From the sequence record OR896832.1: 64,000 bases of DNA. One strand, given 5' to 3'. This DNA comes from Escherichia phage GoldenSnicker. The notes under the pieces were generated by a model that was given only the letters and a program-made list of their open reading frames with translations, did no database searches and was not told the origin of the DNA. Position numbers and translations under genes: made by a program. This document shows positions 45,338 to 54,704 of the stretch, one piece after another (the stretch's first letter is position 1; every line of letters begins with the position of its first letter).

Positions 45338-45847
45338 TCAAATAATTTTCACTGGAATACTATTAACAATCTTGTATTGTACTTGATTGTCAGACCCCCG
45401 CCACGGCTTCTTCGTTGGCATATCTTTAATATAACGCCCATCGATGAACATGTCAACTGATTCTACAATTTTTCTTTGCTCATCATTCAATTGGTCAAGG
45501 GTATAACCAGACCATAGCCAAATATCTTTATTTGGCATCCATGATTTTACTTCATCGATGATCCGCTGTACACCCTTTAAATTGCGTTTATACAGTGGAT
45601 CGCCACCTAAGAATGTTAGCCCCTGAATAAAATCAGGTCTAAGCAGGTCCAGAATCAATCCCATTGTATCATCGGTGAATGGTTCCCCGTTCTTAGGATT
45701 GAGTAGGCTAGCATTAAAGCAACCATCACATGCGTGTGAACATCCGGTAACGTAAAGGGAGACTCTCACTCCCTCACCGTTAACCATATCACAATCTTTA
45801 ATATCGGCATAGCGTAGTTTGCCGTATGTATCAGAACTCATATTCAA
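45338..45847 (-). CDS. nrdG: anaerobic ribonucleotide reductase activating protein NrdG (radical SAM)
   Basis: 169 aa; radical-SAM cysteine cluster GCSHACDGC; upstream of nrdD. Confidence 0.85.
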   Translation of the reverse strand: MNMSSDTYGKLRYADIKDCDMVNGEGVRVSLYVTGCSHACDGCFNASLLNPKNGEPFTDDTMGLILDLLRPDFIQGLTFLGGDPLYKRNLKGVQRIIDEVKSWMPNKDIWLWSGYTLDQLNDEQRKIVESVDMFIDGRYIKDMPTKKPWRGSDNQVQYKIVNSIPVKII

Positions 45848-45983
45848 TTACCCCGAACTCGTTTACAATCTGCGCTTTATAGTAACCACCGCGAGATGCT
45901 AATAGATAAGCTGGGCTTAGGTATTCGTATTCACGGATTTCTACTTGTGCGTTTTCAGTTTCCCAAATCAGTAAAGTCCACAT
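45831..45983 (-). CDS. hypothetical protein (50 aa)
   Basis: Start at ATG preceded by CAGGAGAATCAAAT; downstream of promoter 46026..46054. Confidence 0.45.
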   Translation of the reverse strand: MWTLLIWETENAQVEIREYEYLSPAYLLASRGGYYKAQIVNEFGVIEYEF

Positions 45984-46025
45984 ATTTGATTCTCCTGTAA
46001 AGTTGTATCTCGTCTTGATGAATAT

Positions 46026-46054
46026 AGTATAGGGGATCTCGCGATCCCCGTCAA
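46026..46054 (-). promoter_or_regulatory. sigma70-type promoter (TTGACG-17-TATACT) with palindromic GATC-containing spacer
   Basis: Minus-strand TTGACGGGGATCGCGAGATCCCCTATACT. Confidence 0.65.
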
Positions 46055-46058
46055 GCAT

Positions 46059-46592
46059 TTATTTTAACTTTTTTCGAATGTATTCAGACCATTCCTTCCC
46101 TGTCATTTCGGACCCGTTCTGGAAACTGAAATATTCATACGGCATCGAGTCAAGATAAAACAGGATCATACATCGCGCCATATAATACCAATCACGATTA
46201 AAGTAAACTACGTTATCACCAGTACCTTCAACCCCTTTATCATAACCATCGCGGGTACGGGCGACCCATTGAATAGTATCATTTTTCTCGCGGATCGTAA
46301 CAGGTTCCCAATATCCAGCACATCCAGCATGACCACACGAACAAGTCAGGAAATATTGACCTTTTGCTTTGTTGTCATCCCATTCACGATGGATTGGTTC
46401 GATCTCGTGAAACAGTGCTAAGCAATCATGATTATGCAACACTGGCTTACCATCAATCAATGCATGGAATGTATACAAACGACCAGTAGACAAATAGCTA
46501 TCCTCACGCTCAACCAGTTCAATAGCAATCTTTTTAGCTCGTTCTTTGTGTCGTTGTGCTTTACGCTTACGGTTTAATGATTTCATAGTCAC
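46059..46592 (-). CDS. hypothetical protein (177 aa)
   Basis: Track ORF; basic N-terminus, Cys/His-rich core. Confidence 0.5.
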   Translation of the reverse strand: MTMKSLNRKRKAQRHKERAKKIAIELVEREDSYLSTGRLYTFHALIDGKPVLHNHDCLALFHEIEPIHREWDDNKAKGQYFLTCSCGHAGCAGYWEPVTIREKNDTIQWVARTRDGYDKGVEGTGDNVVYFNRDWYYMARCMILFYLDSMPYEYFSFQNGSEMTGKEWSEYIRKKLK

Positions 46593-46603
46593 CTCACATT
46601 ATT

Positions 46604-47146
46604 TCAAAGATCGCGATATTGTACATTATGAAAATGAGAACTTGCATTACCAATATTGTAGATAACAAATTCTTCATCCGGCGCTTGCGCTACAAATTGA
46701 GTATGAGCAACCGCTACGACTTTAAAAATACGATCCGTGATCTTGTGCTTAATTTCTGCCCCTACTTCCATAGGAACATATTCATTTGTTTCTGTTTCAG
46801 TCGCAAAACAGCCATCTTCTTCATAAGCACGAACAAATCGGTCGCAATCAGTACGCTTAACAAATTCAAGAGTATATAATTCTCGTGAATTGTCGGTATA
46901 GACCAATACAGAATTATTATGATAGCGAATCACATACAGGTTATTATCATCGTCAATTACGCAAAAGCTACGGATTCCTTCGCCTTGACTCCAGCAGATA
47001 TTAACCACCGTTCCTCTAATAAAAAAACTTTCCTTTAAATTAAAACTAGCCAATGTGCTAGCGTGCATTTTAACAACAACACCATCGCCAATTTCCAGTT
47101 TACGAAGTTTAACTTCTTTGCTCAGTACACAAAACATCATCATCAT
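46604..47146 (-). CDS. hypothetical protein (180 aa)
   Basis: Track ORF; RBS GAGAGGACAAC; downstream of promoter 47176..47203. Confidence 0.5.
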   Translation of the reverse strand: MMMMFCVLSKEVKLRKLEIGDGVVVKMHASTLASFNLKESFFIRGTVVNICWSQGEGIRSFCVIDDDNNLYVIRYHNNSVLVYTDNSRELYTLEFVKRTDCDRFVRAYEEDGCFATETETNEYVPMEVGAEIKHKITDRIFKVVAVAHTQFVAQAPDEEFVIYNIGNASSHFHNVQYRDL

Positions 47147-47175
47147 GTTGTCCTCTCGTTGTTTTCGATGTGAGC

Positions 47176-47203
47176 ATTATACATTAGATAATCATGTTGT
47201 CAA
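47176..47203 (-). promoter_or_regulatory. sigma70-type promoter (TTGACA-16-TATAAT)
   Basis: Minus-strand TTGACAACATGATTATCTAATGTATAAT immediately after nrdD terminator. Confidence 0.6.
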
Positions 47204-47210
47204 CACCCCA

Positions 47211-47241
47211 AAACGAAAAAGCCGACCCTTTCGGATCGGCT
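47211..47241 (-). terminator. rho-independent terminator after nrdD
   Basis: Minus-strand AGCCGATCCGAAAGGGTCGGCTTTTTCGTTTT. Confidence 0.7.
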
Positions 47242-47246
47242 GAAAA

Positions 47247-49109
47247 TTACATGTGCTTAACGCGGTTTACCATCTCGGAGTGTTTCCCGTGGTTAAATGG
47301 ACGCAGATCAACAGATCCAAGATATCCACTAACGCGGCGGATAACATTCATCTTTTCCAGATTGTCGTTGCCGCAATCAGGACAAACAAAACCAGACTCG
47401 GTCGCTCTCATTTCCTTATTAGATCCGCATACATGACATACATCAGAAGGAGTATTAACACCGAAGTAGTGCAATTTATCCATTGCATAGTCTACTACAG
47501 TTTCAAGACCTTTCAGGTTGTTTTTCATGTCTGGGAACTCAACATAAGAGATCATGCCACCGGACGCCAGCCAGTGATAATCTTTCTCAAAGTCAATTTT
47601 CTCAAACGGTGTAACCTTCCGGTCTACGTCAAGGTGGAATGAGTTGGTGTACCAGTCTTTATCGGTAGCACCCTTAACAATACCAAATTGCTCTCTGTCC
47701 AGTCGATTAAATCGATAGCAAAGGCTCTCGGCTGGCGTACCGTAAAGACTAAACCCAAGTCCGGTTTCGTCCTTCCATTTTTCAGTATAATGACGCAAGA
47801 TCTTAAGAATATGTTTACCGTATCGCTGCGCATCTTCCGAATCAAACGGATGAACACCAAACAGGACGCTCAATACCTCATGTAAACCAATATATCCAAG
47901 AGAGATACTAGCGCGACCATCTTTCAGCACTTCCAAAATTTCATCGTTTTGATGAATACGGAAAAATGCACCTTCTGTATACAGCACCGGAGCAACATTG
48001 GCTTTAGCCCCTTTTAAAGCGTCTACGCGACTCATGAGCGCATCAAAGCAAATAGGCATACGATTAGCTAGCTCTTGTTCGAATAGCTCAATTCTGCGCA
48101 TTACAGACGCTTTACCAGCACGACGAGCGGCAATAAGGGCAATACGCGGAAGATTCAGAGTCACAACACCTAAGTTATTGCGTCCGTCTAATACTTCCTC
48201 GCCTTTCTCATTATGCCACACACCCAGGAAGCTACGACAACCCATCGGGCTAACCGGAACACTAGATCCAGTGATGCTACGGTTATTCTTCGCAGAGATA
48301 TAATCAGGGTAAAGACGCTTACTCGAACATTCCAATGCAAGTTGCTTAATGTCGTAGTTCGGATCTTCCGGTTTAAGGTTTAATCCTTCTTCTAAGAACA
48401 TCACCAGCTTAGGAAACACCGGAGTTATACCATCTTTACCTAAACCTTTAGTTCGAACTTTCAGGATCGCTTTCTGAATCAGTTTTTCTTCCCAGCTAGT
48501 ACCCATACCAAAGGTTAAAGTCACAAAAGGCGTTTGACCGTTGGTGGAGAACAAAGTGTTGATTTCATATTCCAACGCTTGATACCCGTCTAACGTTTCT
48601 TTTTCTGTCTTCTCTTGTGCATAGAGAGTATCAGCTTTGATTCCGTAGGTTTCGGCATCAGCAAGGTGTTTATGATATGTTTTCTCAACGTATGGCGCTA
48701 AAACCTGATCGATGTTTGCAATTGTGGTCCCGCCATATTGATGACTTGCCACCTGTGCGATAATTTGAGCGGTTACAGCACATGCAACACCGATCGATTT
48801 AGGACTTTCGATTTGTGCGCTACCCAATTTAAAACCATTCTCTAGCATGTCTTTAAGATTAACAAGACAGCAGTTAGTAAACGGCATAGCGGGTGCATAA
48901 TCCATATCATGATAATGAATATCACCGTCTACATGCGCTTTATAGATGTGCTCAGGTAACACGGTTTTAGCAATCTGTTTAGACACAGCACCAGCAATCA
49001 GGTCTCGACGTGTCGGGAATGTTCGCGCGTCTTTGTTCGCGTTCTCTTTGCTTACTTCGTTTTCTTTACCCGTTGCGATCTCTGTAATGTCTTTGATTAG
49101 TTTTTCCAT
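47247..49109 (-). CDS. nrdD: anaerobic ribonucleoside-triphosphate reductase NrdD
   Basis: 620 aa; C-terminal glycyl-radical region ..RVSGYLG.. and zinc-ribbon cysteines; uninterrupted ORF. Confidence 0.9.
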   Translation of the reverse strand: MEKLIKDITEIATGKENEVSKENANKDARTFPTRRDLIAGAVSKQIAKTVLPEHIYKAHVDGDIHYHDMDYAPAMPFTNCCLVNLKDMLENGFKLGSAQIESPKSIGVACAVTAQIIAQVASHQYGGTTIANIDQVLAPYVEKTYHKHLADAETYGIKADTLYAQEKTEKETLDGYQALEYEINTLFSTNGQTPFVTLTFGMGTSWEEKLIQKAILKVRTKGLGKDGITPVFPKLVMFLEEGLNLKPEDPNYDIKQLALECSSKRLYPDYISAKNNRSITGSSVPVSPMGCRSFLGVWHNEKGEEVLDGRNNLGVVTLNLPRIALIAARRAGKASVMRRIELFEQELANRMPICFDALMSRVDALKGAKANVAPVLYTEGAFFRIHQNDEILEVLKDGRASISLGYIGLHEVLSVLFGVHPFDSEDAQRYGKHILKILRHYTEKWKDETGLGFSLYGTPAESLCYRFNRLDREQFGIVKGATDKDWYTNSFHLDVDRKVTPFEKIDFEKDYHWLASGGMISYVEFPDMKNNLKGLETVVDYAMDKLHYFGVNTPSDVCHVCGSNKEMRATESGFVCPDCGNDNLEKMNVIRRVSGYLGSVDLRPFNHGKHSEMVNRVKHM

Positions 49110-49120
49110 TGTATCACCTA

Positions 49121-49144
49121 TTAAAAAGCGGGATTTCTCCCGCT
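49121..49144 (-). terminator. rho-independent terminator
   Basis: Minus-strand AGCGGGAGAAATCCCGCTTTTTAAT after stop of 49154..49648. Confidence 0.65.
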
Positions 49145-49153
49145 CGTTGATAG

Positions 49154-49648
49154 TTATTTTACCAGTTCTGCTAATTCTTTTTCTTTAGCTTCTAGTTCAG
49201 CTTTAAGCTGTTTAATCTCTTGTCGCTTCTTATTAGCGGCTTCCTGCTTACTATTTCGGATAATCTGATCTAGATACAACTCCCAATCCTGAATATTTTT
49301 GATAATGTAACCGTCAACATTAATTGGTCGTAGATTCAGTACAGCTTCCAGTTTAGTTGCAAAAACTTTAATTGCTGGGGTGAAGTATTCATATTCGTTA
49401 TCTTCAAACCAATAACCTAGACTTGCATTCTCAATACGAAGATGAAGTTTAAGATCAAGGTCTTTATCATCGGTATATAGGTCTTTTACACAACCCATAG
49501 AATTAACAACAACTTTAAAACGAATTTTATCTACACCACCAAAAACATCTTCAAGAATATCAGCAATTGAGCTATTAGCGCAAGATTGGTCGCTGAATGC
49601 GTCAAGGTTTTCTTTAGTTACAGTATACCAAACATCTTGTACCCACAT
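49154..49648 (-). CDS. hypothetical protein (164 aa) with C-terminal coiled coil
   Basis: Track ORF; conserved leader GAGAGGATTATATT ATG; downstream of promoter 49679..49706. Confidence 0.55.
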   Translation of the reverse strand: MWVQDVWYTVTKENLDAFSDQSCANSSIADILEDVFGGVDKIRFKVVVNSMGCVKDLYTDDKDLDLKLHLRIENASLGYWFEDNEYEYFTPAIKVFATKLEAVLNLRPINVDGYIIKNIQDWELYLDQIIRNSKQEAANKKRQEIKQLKAELEAKEKELAELVK

Positions 49649-49678
49649 AATATAATCCTCTCGTTGTTAAGTGGGAGT

Positions 49679-49706
49679 ATTATAGCATACTCCCTTCGCA
49701 TGTCAA
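49679..49706 (-). promoter_or_regulatory. sigma70-type promoter (TTGACA-16-TATAAT) with hairpin GGGAGTA-N-TACTCCC
   Basis: Minus-strand TTGACATGCGAAGGGAGTATGCTATAATACTCCC; -35 overlaps upstream stop codon. Confidence 0.65.
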
Positions 49707-50881
49707 GCACTAACTTTTTTCTTTACTGCTTTCACCTTCTGGCGAATTGCTCGAATCTCTTCGATCTCTTTTTCAGTCTCTTTAACAATTTCTTTGCGAT
49801 TCTGAATATCTGTATCGAGATTATCATCAAGTTTAGGCAGCATGTCAATCAAGAACTTTTTAAAGTCTTTCAGGTTTCGAATAACAGCACCTTCGCCCAT
49901 TACCGCAACACCCACACCATCCGGCAGATCACCAAACAGCTTAACCAGTTCAGACAGATGATCATGATCTTCTAGTGCTTCTTCCGGTTCAGATGGCAGT
50001 TCAACAAAGTTATAACGTTCATCATTGCTGATCAAGTGATACCAGCAAAGCCCGAAAGATTTCGGTGTATATTCTACACCATCAATTTCAACCGCGTCAA
50101 CACTTCCATAATCATCTACTTTAGTTACCTTAAATCCTTGTCCCAGCTTTTGAACAATTTCAACAACATGACTTGATACAGTTTCAGCGGTAAACCAATA
50201 TGGCAAATTATGCTGATTTGGTTTGTAGCGTTCACCTACTTTAAATCTCTGACCATCCGCTTGCATAGAATGAAATTGTTGTTTCGTGATTTCCGCGAAG
50301 TATTCAAATTCGCTACCGTCAAACAAGCAATTCCATTGATCACAAAAACGGTCCGCCTTAACAGTTTCACCTTTCGCGGTGATCATGGTAGCCGATCCAT
50401 GAAATTCTTCTTCAACCAAAAAGCCATATTCGACAAAATCAACAAGTTTCATGGCTTCTTTGTGCTCTGGGTCATGCTCTCCCCAGAATCGCTTAAATTC
50501 TTGCAAACCTTCTGGTGTAAACGAATAACATTTACCTTTTTCAAAGTAAGTCGGCATTGCATCCTCTTTCTTGTTCATCGCTTCGTATGCCTCTTTTGAG
50601 ATACGTTTAAAGTATTTGCGCTCATTGTGCATAATCATAGTAGCCCAATAATAAACGATATCCTCAGCGGAATAAACTACATCTCCAGCTTCAATAGTAA
50701 TAACATGACCGTGGTCATCTTTTTCTAATACTTTAAAGCCCTTTTCTACGATTTCAGCAACCCGAATATGACCACGGCGCGAAGCATCGGTCAGAATAAT
50801 TGAATAGCGAGAAAAGTCTAGAAACTCATCTTTACCGCCTTCACGGAATGCATAGTAATGACCTTCAAAGAATTTAGCCAT
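49703..50881 (-). CDS. hypothetical protein (392 aa), multi-domain member of the paralog family
   Basis: Shares NERKYFKRI[ST]K motif with 50938..51504 and ..FKVTKVDDYGSVDAVEIDGVEYT.. with the 43-45 kb family; acidic/coiled-coil C-terminus. Confidence 0.6.
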   Translation of the reverse strand: MAKFFEGHYYAFREGGKDEFLDFSRYSIILTDASRRGHIRVAEIVEKGFKVLEKDDHGHVITIEAGDVVYSAEDIVYYWATMIMHNERKYFKRISKEAYEAMNKKEDAMPTYFEKGKCYSFTPEGLQEFKRFWGEHDPEHKEAMKLVDFVEYGFLVEEEFHGSATMITAKGETVKADRFCDQWNCLFDGSEFEYFAEITKQQFHSMQADGQRFKVGERYKPNQHNLPYWFTAETVSSHVVEIVQKLGQGFKVTKVDDYGSVDAVEIDGVEYTPKSFGLCWYHLISNDERYNFVELPSEPEEALEDHDHLSELVKLFGDLPDGVGVAVMGEGAVIRNLKDFKKFLIDMLPKLDDNLDTDIQNRKEIVKETEKEIEEIRAIRQKVKAVKKKVSA

Positions 50882-50912
50882 AATATAATCCTCTCGTTGT
50901 TTAGACGGGAGT

Positions 50913-50941
50913 ATCTTACTACTCCCGTTTCATCATGTCAA
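50913..50941 (-). promoter_or_regulatory. sigma70-type promoter (TTGACA-17-TAAGAT) with hairpin GGGAGTA-N6-TACTCCC
   Basis: Minus-strand TTGACATGATGAAACGGGAGTAGTAAGATACTCCC. Confidence 0.6.
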
Positions 50942-51504
50942 GCGTTAAATGACTTTTGGATCTCTTTCAGTTCAGCTACTTTATCGGCGCTGAATTTAGC
51001 GTAGGTATCATGTCGAATAATTTCACTTTCAAGAAAGGTTTCCAGCCGAGATCTATTTTCAATAAGGAACTCTTTCAGGTCTTCCGCGTTCTTGATAAAG
51101 ATTTTATTGTCGGTAATGTCATCTTCAATCGCAAAGGAGATAGAGCGAACTTTACCAAACAAGTTAATCAGATCTTCCAGAGATTCTTCTTTCTTAATTG
51201 GTTTCATTTCTTCAAACTGCTTTTTAGTGATGCGTTTAAAGTATTTGCGCTCGTTTGCAGCAATCAGAACAGATGCACCTTCATACTCATGAGTTTCTAC
51301 CAGATACACACGCCCCATCGCATCAACAGTGAGAACTTTAAAGCCGTTACAAAGCACGTCATGCAAGAACTTATTATGTTGCGGACATCGTTTGATAAAT
51401 TCTGCGACTGTTTCTGCACTACGGAAAGTATAGTAACGACCTCGTTCAAAAACAGCATCATTTGAAGACTTAGCCGGATACAATTTATACGTTTTCTGTA
51501 CCAT
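50938..51504 (-). CDS. hypothetical protein (188 aa), paralog family member
   Basis: Start at MVQKTYKLYPAK after GAGGATTATATT; NERKYFKRITK motif. Confidence 0.55.
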   Translation of the reverse strand: MVQKTYKLYPAKSSNDAVFERGRYYTFRSAETVAEFIKRCPQHNKFLHDVLCNGFKVLTVDAMGRVYLVETHEYEGASVLIAANERKYFKRITKKQFEEMKPIKKEESLEDLINLFGKVRSISFAIEDDITDNKIFIKNAEDLKEFLIENRSRLETFLESEIIRHDTYAKFSADKVAELKEIQKSFNA

Positions 51505-51518
51505 AATATAATCCTCTA

Positions 51519-51791
51519 TCATTTCACTAATTGAACAGCACGAAACAGAATGCGGTCACACGGAAGAAGCATAAATTCCCAACGCGGATCAAAGTCTTTA
51601 GCGGTATATGTTTTCCCATCAACCGAGATTTCACTTACATAACCAATAGGTGACACTTTAAGAACAGTAAACCCATTCTTGATGGCTTCGTAGGTATCTT
51701 TCAATCCTTCGTAGTCATCCTCTAGGAAGTCTTTACGTGCTTGCTCAGATTTAAAAACATAGGCAACACCGGATTTAAACATCTTACGCAT
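51519..51791 (-). CDS. hypothetical protein (90 aa), paralog family member
   Basis: Start at ATG after AAGGAGAATCAACA; ..FKSEQARKDF..FTVLKVSPIGYVSEISVDGKTY.. resembles 43016..43492. Confidence 0.55.
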   Translation of the reverse strand: MRKMFKSGVAYVFKSEQARKDFLEDDYEGLKDTYEAIKNGFTVLKVSPIGYVSEISVDGKTYTAKDFDPRWEFMLLPCDRILFRAVQLVK

Positions 51792-51822
51792 TGTTGATTC
51801 TCCTTCTTGATTAGATGGGAGT

Positions 51823-51851
51823 ATTTTACTACTCCCATTTCTTATTGTCAA
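51823..51851 (-). promoter_or_regulatory. sigma70-type promoter (TTGACA-17-TAAAAT) with hairpin GGGAGTA-N6-TACTCCC
   Basis: Minus-strand TTGACAATAAGAAATGGGAGTAGTAAAATACTCCC. Confidence 0.6.
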
Positions 51852-51854
51852 CTA

Positions 51855-52328
51855 CTATCTTAATCTTTGTATAAATTGTTTCTTATACTTCTTCGTGATC
51901 TCTTCTCGTGTATCAGCGTCGCAGTAATCGAAACCTTCTGCGTCCATAATAGCAACCATCTCCGCGCGTGTCAAGCGTGAAAATCGTTTTACTTTATCAA
52001 CAGCATATTGAGGATGTAAATGATTGTTGGTGTAGTCTCCTTTGATGTAATTAACATAGTTTGTAGCCCAAACAACGAAATCAGCACCTAAAGCACCAAC
52101 ACCAAACCGTTTAAAGTCTCCGGTCAACGATCCTTCTAGGCGGTTGCAACACGAATGAAGCAATCCCCTTACGCGGCCTTGCCCTTTACCATCTAGATCG
52201 TGGTCGTGGTCAAGATGGTTTTTGCTCATATCCTCAAAAAGTGGCAATTGACAAAGGGGGCAAATGCCCCCCTGTTTTTCGAATAGTTCTTGTTTGTACT
52301 CTTTAGCACTATTAGCAGTCAGTAACAT
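51855..52328 (-). CDS. 49: recombination endonuclease VII (gp49)
   Basis: Start at MLLTANSAKEY after GGAGGGTG; ..NHLDHDHDLDGKGQGRVRGLL..CN..EG.. H-N-H/zinc motifs closely match T4 endo VII. Confidence 0.88.
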   Translation of the reverse strand: MLLTANSAKEYKQELFEKQGGICPLCQLPLFEDMSKNHLDHDHDLDGKGQGRVRGLLHSCCNRLEGSLTGDFKRFGVGALGADFVVWATNYVNYIKGDYTNNHLHPQYAVDKVKRFSRLTRAEMVAIMDAEGFDYCDADTREEITKKYKKQFIQRLR

Positions 52329-52352
52329 AAATTCACCCTCCAAAGAAGGTAT

Positions 52353-52634
52353 TTAACCATTAATCTTGTTTTTGACTACAAAGGATCGGAACTCATCAAA
52401 GCCACCGATATAATCACCATCATAGAAAATCTGCGGCATGGTGGCAATAACTTCTACCCCTGCGCGATCCTGAATGTCGGCAATGATAGAATCAATCTTT
52501 ACCGGACGACCGTTTTCGTCCACACCATCATTGACAGGAATATAGATGTAAGGGATCTTACGCGATTCACAAAGGCGCTTTGCATTCTGGCAATACTTAC
52601 AGTTGTAACCTTCAAAACCAAAAATTTCTACCAT
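52353..52634 (-). CDS. nrdC: thioredoxin/glutaredoxin NrdC
   Basis: Start at MVEIFGFEG; CKYCQNAKRL redox motif and ..MPQIF..G..IGGFDEF.. match T4 NrdC. Confidence 0.75.
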   Translation of the reverse strand: MVEIFGFEGYNCKYCQNAKRLCESRKIPYIYIPVNDGVDENGRPVKIDSIIADIQDRAGVEVIATMPQIFYDGDYIGGFDEFRSFVVKNKING

Positions 52635-52642
52635 GTTGTACC

Positions 52643-53455
52643 TCAATCTACGTTAGTTACATAAACTTCTTGTGTATCAGAAGACTTACCACCTGAACGA
52701 TCTAGGCAATAGGTCTTATTCAACAGGACGCAGTTTAAATCATTCCGCTTGATAAAGTCAAGAAGATGATCATTTACCTTTCCCTTATGATGTGTGACAT
52801 TACTGATACCAAACTGAAAACCACGCGCCATAATAGATTCTACCCACTGATAGAATTTAATCTCTTCCTCGTCACTCCAGAACTTATTATATTCCGCAGA
52901 AGTGATAAGGTACGGCGGGTCCAAATAAACGAAATCACCTGGCAAGATCTCGATCTCGTCATAACGACCAGACGTAAAACTGATTCGACCGTCTTTGTTT
53001 TCTTCCTTAAAATTCAGGACACGCTCTACCGCGTTTTCGTTAAAAGTCCGGCGACCAAAATTAGCATTAAATTCGCCCTTCCGGTTATGGCGGTTAAGGT
53101 TGCTAAAACTGTGCTGAATCAACACAAACAGCGATAGCGGATCTGGATTCTCGTTATACTTCTTACGGAATGCCATGTAAGCATCTTTATCATCGCGAGA
53201 CAAACCATTTTCGGCAATAATCCGCTTGATCGTAAAAACCGGATCAGGACACTCGTCAATGGCCTTGTAAGCATCAATTAAGCGGTGATCATAGTCATTA
53301 GCCAGAACATCCCCTTCGACGTACAGAGACACGCTCAAACCGCCACAAAAGGCATCGACAAAGCGGTTATAGTGCTTAGGGAAATATTTACTAACACCGG
53401 GCAATAACTTTTCCTTATTGCCCGTATAGGGAATTAAACCTAATGCTTTCTTCAT
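52643..53455 (-). CDS. dam: DNA adenine methyltransferase Dam (GATC N6-A MTase)
   Basis: 270 aa; AdoMet motif FVDAFCGGLSVSL and catalytic DPPY (GDFVYLDPPYLITSAEYNKFWS) closely match T4 Dam. Confidence 0.88.
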   Translation of the reverse strand: MKKALGLIPYTGNKEKLLPGVSKYFPKHYNRFVDAFCGGLSVSLYVEGDVLANDYDHRLIDAYKAIDECPDPVFTIKRIIAENGLSRDDKDAYMAFRKKYNENPDPLSLFVLIQHSFSNLNRHNRKGEFNANFGRRTFNENAVERVLNFKEENKDGRISFTSGRYDEIEILPGDFVYLDPPYLITSAEYNKFWSDEEEIKFYQWVESIMARGFQFGISNVTHHKGKVNDHLLDFIKRNDLNCVLLNKTYCLDRSGGKSSDTQEVYVTNVD

Positions 53456-53886
53456 TATCCCTTCCTCAAATAAGTTCGTTCAATCTCTACCAGTTCGAAA
53501 AATTCTTGCCAATCACACGGAAAGTTGCAGTTTCCAAAATGGTCTTCGTTATAGAGTTCTTTACCGGATGGCAACTTAATATCTGTTACAGTATACCAAC
53601 CGCAACAATCGCAATCACCCTCAGCAACAGAAACCTTCGTAGGAATTTGCATCATTGCCAGATAGGTTGGCACGTCAGACTGTTCAAAGATCATGTAACC
53701 TTCATGGTCAAACGAGACAAAATTGTCATCACCCAAAAAAGGAATGTAATGGTCATAATCGGTTACATATTGACCGTGCAATTCCCACTCTACAATTTTA
53801 ACATTACCGCTAAACTTGATACCCATAATTTCAACAAGAAAATGAGTATCGTCAATGTAAATCTTACTAGGAGTTGGATAAACCAT
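53455..53886 (-). CDS. hypothetical protein (143 aa)
   Basis: Track ORF; Cys-rich segment DCDCCGW. Confidence 0.5.
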   Translation of the reverse strand: MVYPTPSKIYIDDTHFLVEIMGIKFSGNVKIVEWELHGQYVTDYDHYIPFLGDDNFVSFDHEGYMIFEQSDVPTYLAMMQIPTKVSVAEGDCDCCGWYTVTDIKLPSGKELYNEDHFGNCNFPCDWQEFFELVEIERTYLRKG

Positions 53887-53896
53887 TATATAATCC

Positions 53897-54193
53897 TCAT
53901 ATCTCAGAGAATAGAATCTCTGTTAGCTTCACTGACTGCTCTCTGAATGTTAGCGTATACTCGAAAGGAAAGTCAACACCCAACTTCAAAAGAGAATAGC
54001 CTACCGCCTCTTTATGCTTATCGGTTAGGGCGATCCTAACCAATTCCCGTTGAATCTCTTTAGGCGGTGAATGGATAGTAACACGGGTATCATGTAATGT
54101 CCAATCACCATTTCGAATTAAGATTAACGGTTTATCATCATTGAAGATCACCGACCCCTTTCCGGTCGGTGAATGTTTTATATTAATCATCAA
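53897..54193 (-). CDS. hypothetical protein (98 aa)
   Basis: Track ORF. Confidence 0.5.
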   Translation of the reverse strand: MMINIKHSPTGKGSVIFNDDKPLILIRNGDWTLHDTRVTIHSPPKEIQRELVRIALTDKHKEAVGYSLLKLGVDFPFEYTLTFREQSVKLTEILFSEI

Positions 54194-54404
54194 ATTCTAA
54201 GAAATATTCTGGAACGATATAACCGTTAAAGTCATTGCACTTATAAAAATGTGGTGCATTTAATGCTGGGTGAGCGTTTGTAAACCGCACGTCAGCCAGA
54301 AACAGAACGTAATTAATAGGTCTAATACCGACAGAATCAGGGTCTAAACCTTTTTCTTTCAGTTCAGCCAGCGTTAAAACTCGTCCAGATCGTAACTTAG
54401 CCAT
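54183..54404 (-). CDS. hypothetical protein (73 aa)
   Basis: Track ORF. Confidence 0.45.
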   Translation of the reverse strand: MAKLRSGRVLTLAELKEKGLDPDSVGIRPINYVLFLADVRFTNAHPALNAPHFYKCNDFNGYIVPEYFLEFDD

Positions 54405-54690
54405 GATTTACCCCCAATTCATCAAGATTATGTCGCAGCATTTCAGAGTATTTTTCTACTTCCTTGATCTTAGTGTGGATCTCCACGATCTCATCTTCAC
54501 TATCAGAAAGTTTAATGGTAATAGGGGTGCTGCTTTTACCCGCCTTGATCGCTTCTTTCAGTTCAACCAACATGTCCGCGTGTTTCAATAGTAATTCTTC
54601 ACGCTGAACATAAGCGACGGTCAAAGCCTCATCAGCAATTTCTAAAGCATTTTCAGCGACACCAACAACCATTTTACGAGTAGACAGCAT
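54397..54690 (-). CDS. hypothetical protein (97 aa)
   Basis: Track ORF. Confidence 0.5.
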   Translation of the reverse strand: MLSTRKMVVGVAENALEIADEALTVAYVQREELLLKHADMLVELKEAIKAGKSSTPITIKLSDSEDEIVEIHTKIKEVEKYSEMLRHNLDELGVNHG

Positions 54691-54704
54691 AAATTCACCT
54701 CACA

